The notes under the pieces were generated by a model. The model searched no databases, was not told where the DNA came from, and saw only the letters and a program-made list of their open reading frames with translations. DNA of 60,498 nt. Origin: Kiloniellales bacterium. GTDB taxonomy: Bacteria > Pseudomonadota > Alphaproteobacteria > Kiloniellales > JAKSBE01. The stretch lies in assembly GCA_022361275.1 (NCBI GenBank), contig JAKSBE010000301.1, forward strand, positions 1-60,498, in the 5' to 3' direction. Each line of letters begins with the position of its first letter. Within the stretch, counting starts at the first letter, position 1. This document shows, piece by piece, positions 49,336-59,306 of the stretch. The position numbers were made by a program, and so were the translations under genes.

Positions 49336-49484
49336 GGCGGAACCCTTGCTGCAGGCTGGCGGAGGCGCGGAATGGATGAGACCGCGGCCAGGAGGTTACA
49401 ACCGCTGGGACTATGGCCAGGGGAACTTAAGGGAAGATAAATGCGGCAATGCCCGACACCCCTGTTTAGGGGCGGTGCTTCGGT

Positions 49485-50681
49485 TCAGAGCCTTGCGTCC
49501 TCGGGCCCCAGGAGGCGCTCCGGGTCCACGGCGCGTGCACCCTTGCGGATCTCGAAGTGCAGTTGCGGCTGGGCGACGTTGCCGCTGGAGCCGACCCTGG
49601 CGATCAACTGGCCGCGCTTCACGGTCTGGCCGCGGCGCACCAGGATCTGGTCGACGTGCGCATAGGCCGTGGTCCAGCCGCCCGCGTGCTTGACCAGCAC
49701 CAGGTTGCCGAAGCCGCGCAGCTCGTTCCCGGCGTAGGCGACGACGCCGTTGTCCGCGGCCAAGACCTCCGTGCCCCTGGGTGCCAGGATGTTGATGCCG
49801 TCGTTGTGATAGCCCTTGCCCTGCGCGCCGAAGCCGGAGACCACCTCGCCCTGGACTGGCCAGAGAAACTTGCTGCCGGCGCGCGGCGGCGGTCTGGGCA
49901 CCGGGCCCGTGGTGGCGGCGACGGGCACGGCTTGCGGCGGTGCCCCGGCGGCGGGCGGCGGTGACGCCGGCGCCGAAGACGCCACGGGCGCCGGCCGTGG
50001 CCGCTTCGCGACCGCCGCGCTGCCGCTGGCGACCAGGTTCGCCGTCGCCACCTGGGTCGGCGGGCCGCTGGGATCGGGCACGCGCAGCGTCTGGCCGACG
50101 GCGATCGTGTAAGGCGGCTTGATCCCGTTGAGCCGCACCAGCTCGCTCATGTCGACGCCGTGGCGGCGCGAGATCCCGTAGACCGTGTCGCCCTTGACCA
50201 CGGTGTAGCTGCGCGGCTTGGGCAGGCTCAGCTTCTGCCCGACGCGCAGGGTGTAGGGGGGCTTGAGGCCATTGGCGTCGATCAGGCTGCGCAGCGGCAC
50301 GTGAAAGCGCCGCGAGATGCTGTAGAGCGTGTCCCTGACGGTGACGTAGTAGATCCCGGCCGAGCGGGGCCGCGGCATCGGCGCGCCGGTGGCCGGCCTG
50401 CCCCTTCCGGTCTTATCGACGACCTGGAAGGCGCCTGGCTTGCGCGCGTCAGCCCTTGCCTTCGCCCGGGCCGGCACGGACGGCTTGTGCCGCGGCAGCG
50501 CGACGATCTCGGCCCCGCCGAAAGACGCGTTCACGCCGGGCGCGGGCCTGGGGCTGTACGTGCTGCCGGCCGGCTGGGCGGTGCGCACGCAGCCGCCAAG
50601 GACCACGGCGGCGGCCACGGCCAAGCACAGGGTCATGAAGCCTTTCGGTCGAGCCAGCATAGCGACCTCTGCTGCCTTCAT
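49485..50681 (-). CDS. nlpD: LysM-domain M23 peptidase lipoprotein (NlpD/LppB-like)
   Basis: 398 aa. Lipobox VVLGGC. Two LysM repeats (YYVTVRDTLYSISRRFHVPLRSLIDANGL; YTVVKGDTVYGISRRHGVDMSELVRLNGI). M23 core GINILAPRGTEVLAADNGVVAYAG...HFEIR. The ATG overlaps the pcm stop (ATGA). Confidence 0.85.
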   Translation of the reverse strand: MKAAEVAMLARPKGFMTLCLAVAAAVVLGGCVRTAQPAGSTYSPRPAPGVNASFGGAEIVALPRHKPSVPARAKARADARKPGAFQVVDKTGRGRPATGAPMPRPRSAGIYYVTVRDTLYSISRRFHVPLRSLIDANGLKPPYTLRVGQKLSLPKPRSYTVVKGDTVYGISRRHGVDMSELVRLNGIKPPYTIAVGQTLRVPDPSGPPTQVATANLVASGSAAVAKRPRPAPVASSAPASPPPAAGAPPQAVPVAATTGPVPRPPPRAGSKFLWPVQGEVVSGFGAQGKGYHNDGINILAPRGTEVLAADNGVVAYAGNELRGFGNLVLVKHAGGWTTAYAHVDQILVRRGQTVKRGQLIARVGSSGNVAQPQLHFEIRKGARAVDPERLLGPEDARL

Positions 50682-51373
50682 GCCAAAGACCAGCCCGGAG
50701 GTCCAGAGTATTGGATCCGGCCCGCGGGCTTGGGCGCTTCCTCCGGCACGCCACTGACCAGTGGTACGAAGCGAACCGGTCCCAGCGTTTCCTCCCGTAC
50801 CGTAGCATTTTCCTTGGTCAGGCGGAGCAGTTCTTGACGGCGGCTGCGCCCGCCGACCGGGACCACGAGCACGCCGCCCTCGGCGAGTTGGTCGACCAGG
50901 GCCCCGGGCACGTCGGGCGCCGCCGCGGTGACGATAATCCGCGGAAAGGGCGCCTGCTCCGGCCAGCCGTTCCAGCCGTCGCCGACCCTGGGGACGATGT
51001 TGTGCAGCTTCAGCGCGCGGAAGCGGCGCTCGGCGTCGCCGACCAGCTCGCGATAGCGCTCGACGCTGTAGACGCGGCGGCAGAGCCGGGACAGCACGGC
51101 GGTCTGGTAGCCCGAGCCGGTGCCGACTTCCAGGACCTTGCCCGCCCCCGCGGCGGCCAGGGCCTGGGTCATGCGCGCCACCACCTGCGGCTGGCTCAGG
51201 GTCTGGCCGCGCTCGATCGGCAGCGCCAGGTTCTCGTAGGCCTGGTCGAGGAAGGGCGCGGGCACGAAGGCCTCGCGCGGAACCTGCTCGATGGCCCGCA
51301 GGACCGCCGTGTCGGTGATACCGTTACGCCGGAGCTCCATCAGCAGGCGGATCTTGCGGGCGGCCAGGGTCAT
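50678..51373 (-). CDS. pcm: Protein-L-isoaspartate O-methyltransferase
   Basis: 231 aa. VPREAFVP..., QTLSQPQVVARM, VLEVGTGSGYQTAVLS (SAM motif I), VRFVPLV. Confidence 0.9.
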   Translation of the reverse strand: MTLAARKIRLLMELRRNGITDTAVLRAIEQVPREAFVPAPFLDQAYENLALPIERGQTLSQPQVVARMTQALAAAGAGKVLEVGTGSGYQTAVLSRLCRRVYSVERYRELVGDAERRFRALKLHNIVPRVGDGWNGWPEQAPFPRIIVTAAAPDVPGALVDQLAEGGVLVVPVGGRSRRQELLRLTKENATVREETLGPVRFVPLVSGVPEEAPKPAGRIQYSGPPGWSLA

Positions 51374-52152
51374 GCGAAGACCCCCGCCAGACGCTCCAGC
51401 GTCTCGCCGTGGGTCAGGTCCAGGTGCAGCGGCGTGACCGAGATCGCGTCCTCGGCGATGGCCGCGAGGTCGCTGCCGACCTGCGAGGTCTCGTCGCTCA
51501 TGTAGTTGCCCACCCAGACGTAGGGCCGGCCGCTGGGGTCCGAGCCGTCGATCACCTGGGTGTCGACGTCGCGCCGGCCTTGGCGGCAGACACGGACCCC
51601 CTTGACCTCGTCCGCCGAGACGTCGGGGAAGTTGACGTTCATCAGCACGTCGCGCGGCCAGGCCAGGCCGGTCAGGCGCCGCAGCACCGAGGCGGCATGC
51701 CGCTCGGCGGTCTCCCAGCGGTAGTCGTGGTCGCCGCGCCGCAGCAGGCTCAGCGCGATCGCCGGATAGCCCAGCAGCGCCGCCTCCATGGCCGCGGCCA
51801 CCGTACCCGAATAGGTCACGTCCTCGCCCAGGTTGCCGCCGTGGTTGATACCGGAAAGCACCAGGTCGGGCGGCCGGTCGGCCATGATCTTCTTGATCGC
51901 GATCAGGACGCAGTCGGTCGGCGTGCCGTCGATGGTGTAACGCTGCGGCCCCAGGTGGCGGATCCGCAGCGGCCGTCGCAGGGTCAGGGAATGGCTGGTC
52001 GCGCTCTGCTCGGTCTCAGGTGCCGCAACCCAGACGTCGTCGGACAGGGAACGGGCAACACGCTCCAGCGCCTCCAGACCGGGCGCATGGATACCGTCGT
52101 CGTTGGCCAGGAGGATCCGCGCTCCGGTCAGGTCGAGCGGCGACCTAAGCAT
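51370..52152 (-). CDS. surE: 5'/3'-nucleotidase SurE
   Basis: 260 aa. [17 protein letters not shown]..., [41 protein letters not shown]. Confidence 0.92.
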   Translation of the reverse strand: MLRSPLDLTGARILLANDDGIHAPGLEALERVARSLSDDVWVAAPETEQSATSHSLTLRRPLRIRHLGPQRYTIDGTPTDCVLIAIKKIMADRPPDLVLSGINHGGNLGEDVTYSGTVAAAMEAALLGYPAIALSLLRRGDHDYRWETAERHAASVLRRLTGLAWPRDVLMNVNFPDVSADEVKGVRVCRQGRRDVDTQVIDGSDPSGRPYVWVGNYMSDETSQVGSDLAAIAEDAISVTPLHLDLTHGETLERLAGVFA

Positions 52153-53428
52153 CGGCGTCGGCCCCGATCACCTCCCGGCCGCCCAGATAGGGGGCCAGGA
52201 CCTCCGGCAGGACGATCGAGCCGTCGGCCTGCTGACAGGCCTCCATCACCGCGATCAGGGTCCGGCCGACTGCCAGGCCCGAGCCGTTGAGGGTGTGGAC
52301 GAAGCGGGTCCCCTTGCCTTCCGCCGGCCGGAAGCGGGCCATCATCCGCCGGGCCTGGAAGTCGCCCATGTTCGAGCAGCTCGAGATCTCCCGATAGGCC
52401 TCCTGCCCCGGCAGCCAGACCTCCAGGTCGTAGGTCTTGCGGGCGCCGAAGCCGGTGTCGCCGCTGCAGAGCACGACCTTGCGGTAGTGCAGGTTCAGGC
52501 GCTGCAACACCGCCTCGGCGCAGGCGGTCATGCGCTCGTGCTCCTCGACCGCGTGCTCGGGATGGGCGATGGAGACCAGCTCGACCTTCTCGAACTGATG
52601 CTGGCGCAGCATGCCGCGGGTGTCCTTGCCGGCCGCACCGGCCTCGGAACGAAAGCAGGGCGTGAAGGCGGTGAAGCGCAGGGGCAGCTGGACCTCGTCG
52701 TAGATCTCGCCGGCGGCCAGGTTGGTCAGCGGCACCTCGGCGGTCGGGATCAGCCAGAAGTCGTCGGTGGTCCGGAACTGGTCCTCGGCGAACTTCGGCA
52801 GCTGGCCCGTGCCGTAGAGCACGTGATCGCGCACCAGGTAGGGCGGCATGACTTCGGTGTAACCGAACTCCTCGGTGTGCATGTCGAGCATGAATTGGGC
52901 CAGGGCCCGGTGGAGGCGCGCCAGCGCGCCCTTCAGGACCACGAAGCGCGAGCCCGAGAGCTTGGCCGCCGTTGCGAAGTCCATGCCGCCCAGGGCCTCG
53001 CCCAGTTCGAAGTGCTGCTTCACCGGGAAGTTGCGCGCCGGCTTCTCGCCCCAGACCGCCACCTCCAGGTTGGCGCTTTCGTCCGCCCCTTCCGGGACCT
53101 CGGCGTCGAGGATGTTGGGCAGCCCGGCCAGGAGGGCGCTCAGGTCCTCGCCGAGCGCCCGCTCGCGCGCTTCGCCCTCCGCGATGCGGTCCTTGATGCC
53201 GGCGACCTCGGCGATCAGACCCTCGGCATCACCGCCCTGGGCCTTCAGCTTGCCGATCTCCTTGGAGGCCGCGTTGCGTCGGTTCTGCAGGTCCTGCAGC
53301 TCGGTCTGGGTCGCGCGGCGATCGGAATCGAGCGCGAGGATGGCGGCCGATCGGGCCGACAGCCCGCGGCGGCCGAGCGCCTTGTCGAAGTCCTCCGGGT
53401 TGTCGCGAATCGACCTGAGGTCGTGCAT
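52145..53428 (-). CDS. serS: Seryl-tRNA synthetase
   Basis: 427 aa. [22 protein letters not shown]..., an N-terminal coiled coil, and class II motifs (FRSEAG..., [16 protein letters not shown]). Confidence 0.95.
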   Translation of the reverse strand: MHDLRSIRDNPEDFDKALGRRGLSARSAAILALDSDRRATQTELQDLQNRRNAASKEIGKLKAQGGDAEGLIAEVAGIKDRIAEGEARERALGEDLSALLAGLPNILDAEVPEGADESANLEVAVWGEKPARNFPVKQHFELGEALGGMDFATAAKLSGSRFVVLKGALARLHRALAQFMLDMHTEEFGYTEVMPPYLVRDHVLYGTGQLPKFAEDQFRTTDDFWLIPTAEVPLTNLAAGEIYDEVQLPLRFTAFTPCFRSEAGAAGKDTRGMLRQHQFEKVELVSIAHPEHAVEEHERMTACAEAVLQRLNLHYRKVVLCSGDTGFGARKTYDLEVWLPGQEAYREISSCSNMGDFQARRMMARFRPAEGKGTRFVHTLNGSGLAVGRTLIAVMEACQQADGSIVLPEVLAPYLGGREVIGADADA

Positions 53429-53530
53429 CGAAGTGTCCGAATCGGGGCTGCGCCAGGTAACCGCGCCGTTTATAGGGCGCTTCGGCCCCCGGCGTCCAGA
53501 TGCTAGCCGAAGGCCTCGGGCCGGAGTCGG

Positions 53531-54337
53531 CTAGTCCGAGAGCCCTTCGGCTTCCGCCGCCGCCTCCTGCTCCCGGCGCTTCTTCTCGACCAGCTTGGCC
53601 ATCTGGATCGAGACCTCGTAGAGCAGGACGATCGGGATCGCCAGGGAGATCTGGCTGATCGGATCCGGCGGCGTGAAGATCGCCGCGACGATGAAGACCC
53701 CGACGATGGCGTACTTGCGCTTCGCCGCCATGCCCTGCGAGGTCGCCAGGCCGGTGCGCGCCAGCAGGGTCATGATCACGGGCAGCTGGAAGCAGAGCCC
53801 GAAGGCGAAGATCAGGGTCATGACCAGAGAAAGGTACTCGTTGACCTTGGCCTCCAGCTCGATCGGCAGAGTCCCTTCCCCGCCGGCCTGCTGGAAGGAC
53901 AGGAAGAACTGCCAGGCCAGCGGCATGATGACGAAGTAGACCAGGGCGCCGCCGATGAAGAACAGCACCGGCGTCGCGATCAGGAAGGGCGCGAAGGCGT
54001 GCTTCTCGTTCCGGTAGAGACCGGGCGCCACGAAGAGCCAGAGCTGACCGAGGAACACCGGGCAGGAGATGAAGGCGCCGAAGAAGAAGGCGACCTTGAC
54101 ATGGGTGAAGAAGACCTCGGTCAGGTCCGTGTAGATCAGCCGGGGATCGCTCTGCAGCCCGCTTTCCAGCAGGATGTCGGCCAGGGGATCGACCAGGACG
54201 TTGTAGAGATCCTGGGCGAAGTAGAAGCAGACCAGAAAGGCGACGAAGAGACCGATGACGCTGTAGAGCAGGCGCTGCCGCAGCTCGATCAGGTGATCGA
54301 GGAGCGGCATCTTGTGGGCGTCGTCGGCGTCGACCAT
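53531..54337 (-). CDS. tatC: Twin-arginine translocase subunit TatC
   Basis: 268 aa. MPLLDHLIELRQRLLYSVIGL..., 6 TM segments, FTPPDPISQ. Confidence 0.93.
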   Translation of the reverse strand: MVDADDAHKMPLLDHLIELRQRLLYSVIGLFVAFLVCFYFAQDLYNVLVDPLADILLESGLQSDPRLIYTDLTEVFFTHVKVAFFFGAFISCPVFLGQLWLFVAPGLYRNEKHAFAPFLIATPVLFFIGGALVYFVIMPLAWQFFLSFQQAGGEGTLPIELEAKVNEYLSLVMTLIFAFGLCFQLPVIMTLLARTGLATSQGMAAKRKYAIVGVFIVAAIFTPPDPISQISLAIPIVLLYEVSIQMAKLVEKKRREQEAAAEAEGLSD

Positions 54338-54340
54338 GGT

Positions 54341-54877
54341 CTAGACGCTCTGCTTGCGGGACTTTTCGGCCGCCTTCGAGGTCTTGGCGGGCGCCGCCTC
54401 GGGCGGCGCGATCGAGTGCGGCGGCGCCGGCTGGGCCGGCTGCTCGATCACCGTCGCGCCCTTGCCGTCGGCGTCCTCGGCCGTCGTCGCGGCGGCAGCG
54501 GACTGTGCCTCTTCTTCACGGAACTCGGGGTCTTCACGGAACTCCGGGGGGACCTCGTCCTCGCCCTTCACCGCCCGGCGCGTGGCGGCGTCGAGCTCCG
54601 CCACCTCCGCCTTCACGCTGCCGGTCGGATCGATGCTGTTCTCGATCTCCTTGCCGACGTCCAGGTGCCGGGCGGCTTCCATGGTCTTGCGCGCCTCGTC
54701 GAGCTCTGCCTCACGGACCATGTCGTCGACGCTGGCCTGGAACTCGCGGGCCATGGAGCGCGCCTTGCGCAACCACTTGCCGACCGTGCGCAGAACCTCG
54801 GGCAACTCCCGAGGCCCGACGATGATCAGCGCCACGAGAGCGACAACCGCGAGCTCGGACCAACCCAGATCAAACAC
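54341..54877 (-). CDS. tatB: Twin-arginine translocase subunit TatB
   Basis: 178 aa. MFDLGWSELAVVALVALIIVGPRELPEVLRTVGKWLRKARSMAREF. Confidence 0.88.
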   Translation of the reverse strand: MFDLGWSELAVVALVALIIVGPRELPEVLRTVGKWLRKARSMAREFQASVDDMVREAELDEARKTMEAARHLDVGKEIENSIDPTGSVKAEVAELDAATRRAVKGEDEVPPEFREDPEFREEEAQSAAAATTAEDADGKGATVIEQPAQPAPPHSIAPPEAAPAKTSKAAEKSRKQSV

Positions 54878-54936
54878 GGCGGTGCCTCAAGAACAACGCC
54901 GGTCCGCGCCCTCTTCACGCGCGGCCGGCTGCGGGA

Positions 54937-55194
54937 TCAGCCCTTCGCAGCCTTCTTGGGCTGCTCCTCCGCCTCGGCCGTGACGTTCGTCGAGATGGAA
55001 GCCTCCTGCTCGATCGCCTTTTTTTCATCGTCGCCTGCGGCGTTTTTCTTATCTTCTTCCTTAAGGCCTTTCCTGAAGGCGTTGATTCCTTGGCCCATAT
55101 CGCGCATCAGCTTTGGGATCTTGCCGCCTCCGCCAAAAAGCAGGAGGACAACCGCCAGGACGATCAGCCAATGCCAGATGCTAAAAGTCCCCAT
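54937..55194 (-). CDS. tatA: Twin-arginine translocase subunit TatA
   Basis: 85 aa. [46 protein letters not shown]. Confidence 0.9.
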   Translation of the reverse strand: MGTFSIWHWLIVLAVVLLLFGGGGKIPKLMRDMGQGINAFRKGLKEEDKKNAAGDDEKKAIEQEASISTNVTAEAEEQPKKAAKG

Positions 55195-55292
55195 TGGGGT
55201 TCTCCCTCGAAGTCCATTGGTCTTCCCAGTCGGCCGGGACTATCGCAGAAAGCCTTGGCAGCCGCAATCCATGTCTGGACGCCCTTCCGGGC

Positions 55293-56387
55293 TCATCCGG
55301 CCTTGGGGAACACGAAGGTCTGGCTGGGGTCCAGCGCAATCCCCATGGCCTGGTCCTCGGCCGGCACGAAGCGCCCCGGCACCCGGGCGTGGAGGTGCAG
55401 GTCGGCCCCATTGGCCCCCGGCAGGCTGAGGTGGATCAGGCTGCTGCGGCCCAGCACCCGGGCGGCCAGGACCCGAGCCAATCCGGCCTCGCCAGTGGCC
55501 TCACCAGTGGCTTCGCCGCCCGCCCCGGCGCTCCGGGGCTGGGGGTCGAGACGCAGGGCCTCCGGGCGGATCAGGATCTCGACCTCGGCCCCCTCCGGGA
55601 GGTCGGGCGCGCAGATCTCGCCCAGGGGCGTCGGCACGTGGCCGGCCTGGATGCGGCCGTTCAGCCGGTTCACCTCGCCGAAGAAACTGGCCACGAAGGC
55701 ATCGCACGGCGAGAAGTAGAGTTCCCCGGGCGTACCCTGCTGGACCGCGGCGCCGTCGCGCATCAGGGCCACGCTGTCGGCCATGAACATGGCCTCCTCG
55801 GGATCGTGCGTGACCATCAGGGTCGCGGTCCCGCTCTCCTTCAGGACGTGCAGGGTATCGTCGCGGACCTGGTGACGCAGGCTGGCATCCAGCCCGGAGA
55901 AGGGCTCGTCCAACAGCATGAGGCGGGGCCGCGGCGCCAGGGCCCGCGCCAGCGCGACCCGCTGCTGCTGTCCGCCAGAAAGAGTGTGCGGGAAGGCTTC
56001 GCTGCGCGACGCCATGCCGACCTGCTCGAGTACCTCGAAGGCGCGCTTGCGCCGGGCCTCCGACGCAAGGTCCCGCAGGCCGAAGGCGACGTTGTCGAGC
56101 ACGCTCAGGTGCGGAAACAGCGAGTAGTCCTGGAACACCAGGCCGACGCTGCGCGCCTCAGGCGGTGTGTCGATCTGGCCGTCGGCGATCACCCGGCCCT
56201 CCATCAGGACCCGGCCCTTCTGGAGCCGCTCGAGCCCGGCGGCAACCCGCAGGGCCGTGGTCTTGCCGCAGCCCGAGGGGCCGAGCAGGCACACCAGCTT
56301 GCCCCGGCCGACGGTCAGGTCGAGGTCGTCGACCGCCAGCACTCCGTCGAAGGCGTGGCTCACATGCTCCAGGGAAAGCGCGTCCAT
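55293..56387 (-). CDS. ABC transporter ATP-binding protein (FbpC/PotA-like importer ATPase) with no adjacent permease or SBP
   Basis: 364 aa. GPSGCGKTT (Walker A), [27 protein letters not shown], a TOBE-like C-terminal domain, and an internal [12 protein letters not shown] repeat encoded by three 12-nt units at 55485..55517. Confidence 0.82.
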   Translation of the reverse strand: MDALSLEHVSHAFDGVLAVDDLDLTVGRGKLVCLLGPSGCGKTTALRVAAGLERLQKGRVLMEGRVIADGQIDTPPEARSVGLVFQDYSLFPHLSVLDNVAFGLRDLASEARRKRAFEVLEQVGMASRSEAFPHTLSGGQQQRVALARALAPRPRLMLLDEPFSGLDASLRHQVRDDTLHVLKESGTATLMVTHDPEEAMFMADSVALMRDGAAVQQGTPGELYFSPCDAFVASFFGEVNRLNGRIQAGHVPTPLGEICAPDLPEGAEVEILIRPEALRLDPQPRSAGAGGEATGEATGEAGLARVLAARVLGRSSLIHLSLPGANGADLHLHARVPGRFVPAEDQAMGIALDPSQTFVFPKAG

Positions 56388-56552
56388 GTCCCATCCACCC
56401 GGACCCGCCTCTCCGGTCGGCGTGGTCCCGCTGGCGCGCGAAACCGGGCCGCGCGCGGCCCGACAAGGTATTGCGAACTATTCTCAAATGCAACAACGGG
56501 CTTGGGCCGCCCGTGGGCCGCCGCCCCGACGTCTCTGGCTCGGGTCTCTGGC

Positions 56553-57353
56553 TCAGGCCTCGACTTGACGCAGCCGGCCGGCCTCCGGCGTATCCTCTTC
56601 GACCTCTTCGGCCGCCTTATCGTCTTCCGCAGCGCCGTCCGTGCCTTCGCCGCCCTCGGCCTCCGCCGCTTCCAGGTCGCCGAAGTCGGCTTCCAGGGCG
56701 TCGGCCAGGGAATCGGGATCGGAGTCTTCCTCGTCCTCATCCTGATCCTCGGCCAGCGGCGCGATGTCCTGCGCCTCCGAAAGCTCGGTCAGGGTGCCGC
56801 GGCTCGATAGGGCGGTCAGCGCCGGCCGCTTGTCCAGGAGGCCGGCGGCGGCGAGCTCGTCCAGGCCCGGCAGGTCGTCCAGCCGGGCCAAGCCGAAGTG
56901 ATCGAGGAAGGCCTGGCTCGTGCCCCAGGTGACCGGCTTCCCGGGAGTCCGGCGCCGCCCCCTGGGCCGGATCCAGCCCGCTTCCAGCAGGACGTCGAGG
57001 GTCCCCTTGGACAGGCTGACGCCCCGGATCTCCTCAATCTCCGCCCGGGTCACCGGCTGGTGGTAGGCGATCACGGCCAGGGTCTCGATGGCGGCCCGCG
57101 ACAGCTTGCGCTGCACCTCCTGCTCGCGGCGCATCAGGGGCGCCAGGTCGGAGGCCGAGCGGAAGGCCCAGGCCTTGCCGACCTGCACCAGGTTGACGCC
57201 GCGGTTCCGGTAGTGCTCGGCCAGTTGCGCGACCACGGCGGAGACGTCGGCCTCCTCCGGCAGGAAGCGGGCCAGCTCGGCCTCGCTGACCGGAGCGGCC
57301 GAGGCGAAGAGGATCGCCTCCAGCAATCGCAGGTGATCGGCGCCCTCGGTCAC
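56553..57353 (-). CDS. scpB: Segregation and condensation protein B
   Basis: Start GTG 57353..57351 overlaps the scpA stop (GTGA). LLEAILFASAAPVSEAELARFL..., IETLAVIAYHQPVTRAEIEEIRGV, PGKPVTWGTS, then a long D/E-rich tail. Confidence 0.85.
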   Translation of the reverse strand: MTEGADHLRLLEAILFASAAPVSEAELARFLPEEADVSAVVAQLAEHYRNRGVNLVQVGKAWAFRSASDLAPLMRREQEVQRKLSRAAIETLAVIAYHQPVTRAEIEEIRGVSLSKGTLDVLLEAGWIRPRGRRRTPGKPVTWGTSQAFLDHFGLARLDDLPGLDELAAAGLLDKRPALTALSSRGTLTELSEAQDIAPLAEDQDEDEEDSDPDSLADALEADFGDLEAAEAEGGEGTDGAAEDDKAAEEVEEDTPEAGRLRQVEA

Positions 57354-58174
57354 GCTTGCTCCTCCTTGTGACGCAACAGGATCGGCCCGAAGGTCCCGTC
57401 CTGACGGATATCCAGGCGGCCGGTCCGGCACAGCTCCAGGCTGGCGGCGAAGGTCGCGGCGATGGCCGAGCGGGTCAGCAGCCCGCCGGAAAGGTCCGGC
57501 GGCAGGAAACTGTGCAGGGTCCGCCATTCCGGCACGCTGCCGAAGGACGCCTTCAGCCGCTCCATCGCGTCGTCGACGGAGTAGAGCTCGATCGGCTGGA
57601 TCCGCAGGTTGGTGACCTTGCCCCCTCGGGCGCGCTGACTGCCATAGGCCTTCAGCAGGTCGTAGAGCGTGGCCCTGAACACGGTCGTGCGGTCGGTGCG
57701 CAGGGGCTCCGGCGCGCCGCGGGCGAAGAAATCCCGGCCGAGCTGGGCCCGGGCCATGAGCCGCTCGCCCGAGTTCCGCATCGCCTCCAGGCGCTGAAGC
57801 TGATAGCGCAGGGCCGCCGCCATCTGCGGGCCGCTGGGCTCCTCCCCTTCCGGCTCGCTGGGGAGCAGCAGCTTGGACTTCAGATAGGCCAGCCAAGCCG
57901 CCATGACTAGGTAGTCGGCGGCCAGCTCCAGGCGGAGCTCGCGGGCCCGGCGCACGAACTCCAGGTACTGCTCGGCGAGTTGGAGGATCGAGATGCTGGT
58001 CAGGTCGACCTTCTGGTCCCGGGCCAGGTCCAGCAGCACGTCGATCGGCCCGCCATAGCCGTCCAGGTCCAGGACGAAGTCACGGGGCCGATCGCGCTCG
58101 GGCGCTTCGAACTCGAGAATCTCTGCTGAGGTCACCTGGCTCTTTCCCTGCCGCGACTCCGCCGACTCCAGCAA
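57350..58174 (-). CDS. scpA: Segregation and condensation protein A
   Basis: 274 aa. LDLDGYGGPIDVLLDLARDQKVDLTSISILQLAEQYLEFV..., LAADYLVMAAWLAYLKSKLLLP. Confidence 0.88.
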   Translation of the reverse strand: MLESAESRQGKSQVTSAEILEFEAPERDRPRDFVLDLDGYGGPIDVLLDLARDQKVDLTSISILQLAEQYLEFVRRARELRLELAADYLVMAAWLAYLKSKLLLPSEPEGEEPSGPQMAAALRYQLQRLEAMRNSGERLMARAQLGRDFFARGAPEPLRTDRTTVFRATLYDLLKAYGSQRARGGKVTNLRIQPIELYSVDDAMERLKASFGSVPEWRTLHSFLPPDLSGGLLTRSAIAATFAASLELCRTGRLDIRQDGTFGPILLRHKEEQA

Positions 58175-58243
58175 TGATACAGAAGCCGGGCCGCTGTCAC
58201 CATCTCTCGGCCCGGCCCGGTTTGGGGATCTCCGGGCCGGGAT

Positions 58244-59266
58244 TCAGCCGGCCAGCAGGTCTTCCAGGTGCTGGGACAGGGCGGCGAACCCGGTGGGCAG
58301 GGGCGCCGCGCCCAGGCCCGCCCGGCCGCGGGCCAGCCGGGCTTCCGCCGCCGGGGTCAGGGGCGAGACCGCCGCGGCCACGGCCTCCATCTCGGCGCGG
58401 TGGCCGTTGCAGTGCAGCGCCACGTCGCAGCCCGCGTCCAGCGCCGCCCGGGCCCGCGCGCCCAGGCCGCCGCTGAGCGCCTTCATGGAGAGATCGTCGG
58501 AGAGCAGAAGGCCGTCGAAGCCGATCTCGCCGCGGATGATCTCGGAGATCACCTTCGGCGAGGTGGTCGCCGGCCGCGCCGGGTCGATCGCGTCGTAGAT
58601 GATGTGCGCGGTCATCCCCCAGGGCGCCTCGGCCAGGGCCTTGAAGGGCCGGAAGTCGCTGCTCCGCAGGACCTCCAGCGGGGCGTCGACCCGCGGCAGG
58701 GCCTCGTGGCTGTCGACCCGGGCGCGGCCGTGCCCGGGGATATGCTTGATCACCGGGGTGACGCCCGCCGCGGCCAGGCCCTTGCAGACCGCGCGGCCCA
58801 GGGCGATGACCTGGTCCGGATCGCTGCCCAGGGCGCGGTCGCCGATGATCCCGTGGCCCTCGGGCAGCCGCAGGTCGAGCAGCGGCAGGCAGTCGACGTC
58901 GATGCCCAGCGCCATGAGCTCCAGGGCGAGCAGCCGGGCGTTGATCTCGGCCGCCTCGCAGGCGCGCTTCAGGTCGCGCCGGGCCAGGTCGTCGAAGACC
59001 CCGGCCGCTGGCGCCACGCGCCAGGCCGGCGGCTTGAGCCGGGTGACCCGGCCGCCCTCCTGGTCGATCAGCACCGGCGCCTCGTCCCGTCCGACCGTGG
59101 CCCGCAGCTCGGCCACCAGGGCACGGAGCTGGTCCGGATCGGCGCAGTTGCGGGCGAAGAGGATGAAACCCAGCGGATCGGCCTCGGCGAAGAAGCCGCG
59201 CTCCCAGTCGGTGAGCCCCGGACCCTCGCAGCCGTAGATCACGGCCCTTGCGGTCATGGGTTCCAC
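58244..59266 (-). CDS. nagZ: Beta-N-acetylhexosaminidase NagZ (GH3)
   Basis: 340 aa. VLIDQEGGRVTRL..., GIDVDCLPLLDL, IKHIPGHGRARVDSHEALP, LLSDDLSMKAL. Confidence 0.88.
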   Translation of the reverse strand: MEPMTARAVIYGCEGPGLTDWERGFFAEADPLGFILFARNCADPDQLRALVAELRATVGRDEAPVLIDQEGGRVTRLKPPAWRVAPAAGVFDDLARRDLKRACEAAEINARLLALELMALGIDVDCLPLLDLRLPEGHGIIGDRALGSDPDQVIALGRAVCKGLAAAGVTPVIKHIPGHGRARVDSHEALPRVDAPLEVLRSSDFRPFKALAEAPWGMTAHIIYDAIDPARPATTSPKVISEIIRGEIGFDGLLLSDDLSMKALSGGLGARARAALDAGCDVALHCNGHRAEMEAVAAAVSPLTPAAEARLARGRAGLGAAPLPTGFAALSQHLEDLLAG

Positions 59267-59306
59267 GGCTCCAGTTGTCCCGGGCAGCCCGGCCCTGGCC
59301 CCGGGG

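Noticed and set aside
53504-53535. Small inverted repeat CTAGCCGA...TCGGCTAG at the tatC stop, plus other short hairpins in the serS/tatC, nlpD-downstream and scpB-downstream gaps, as possible regulatory elements.
   Set aside because: The stems are short (8 bp or less, or imperfect), single-copy and have no T-tract. Such hairpins are expected at this frequency in GC-rich DNA.
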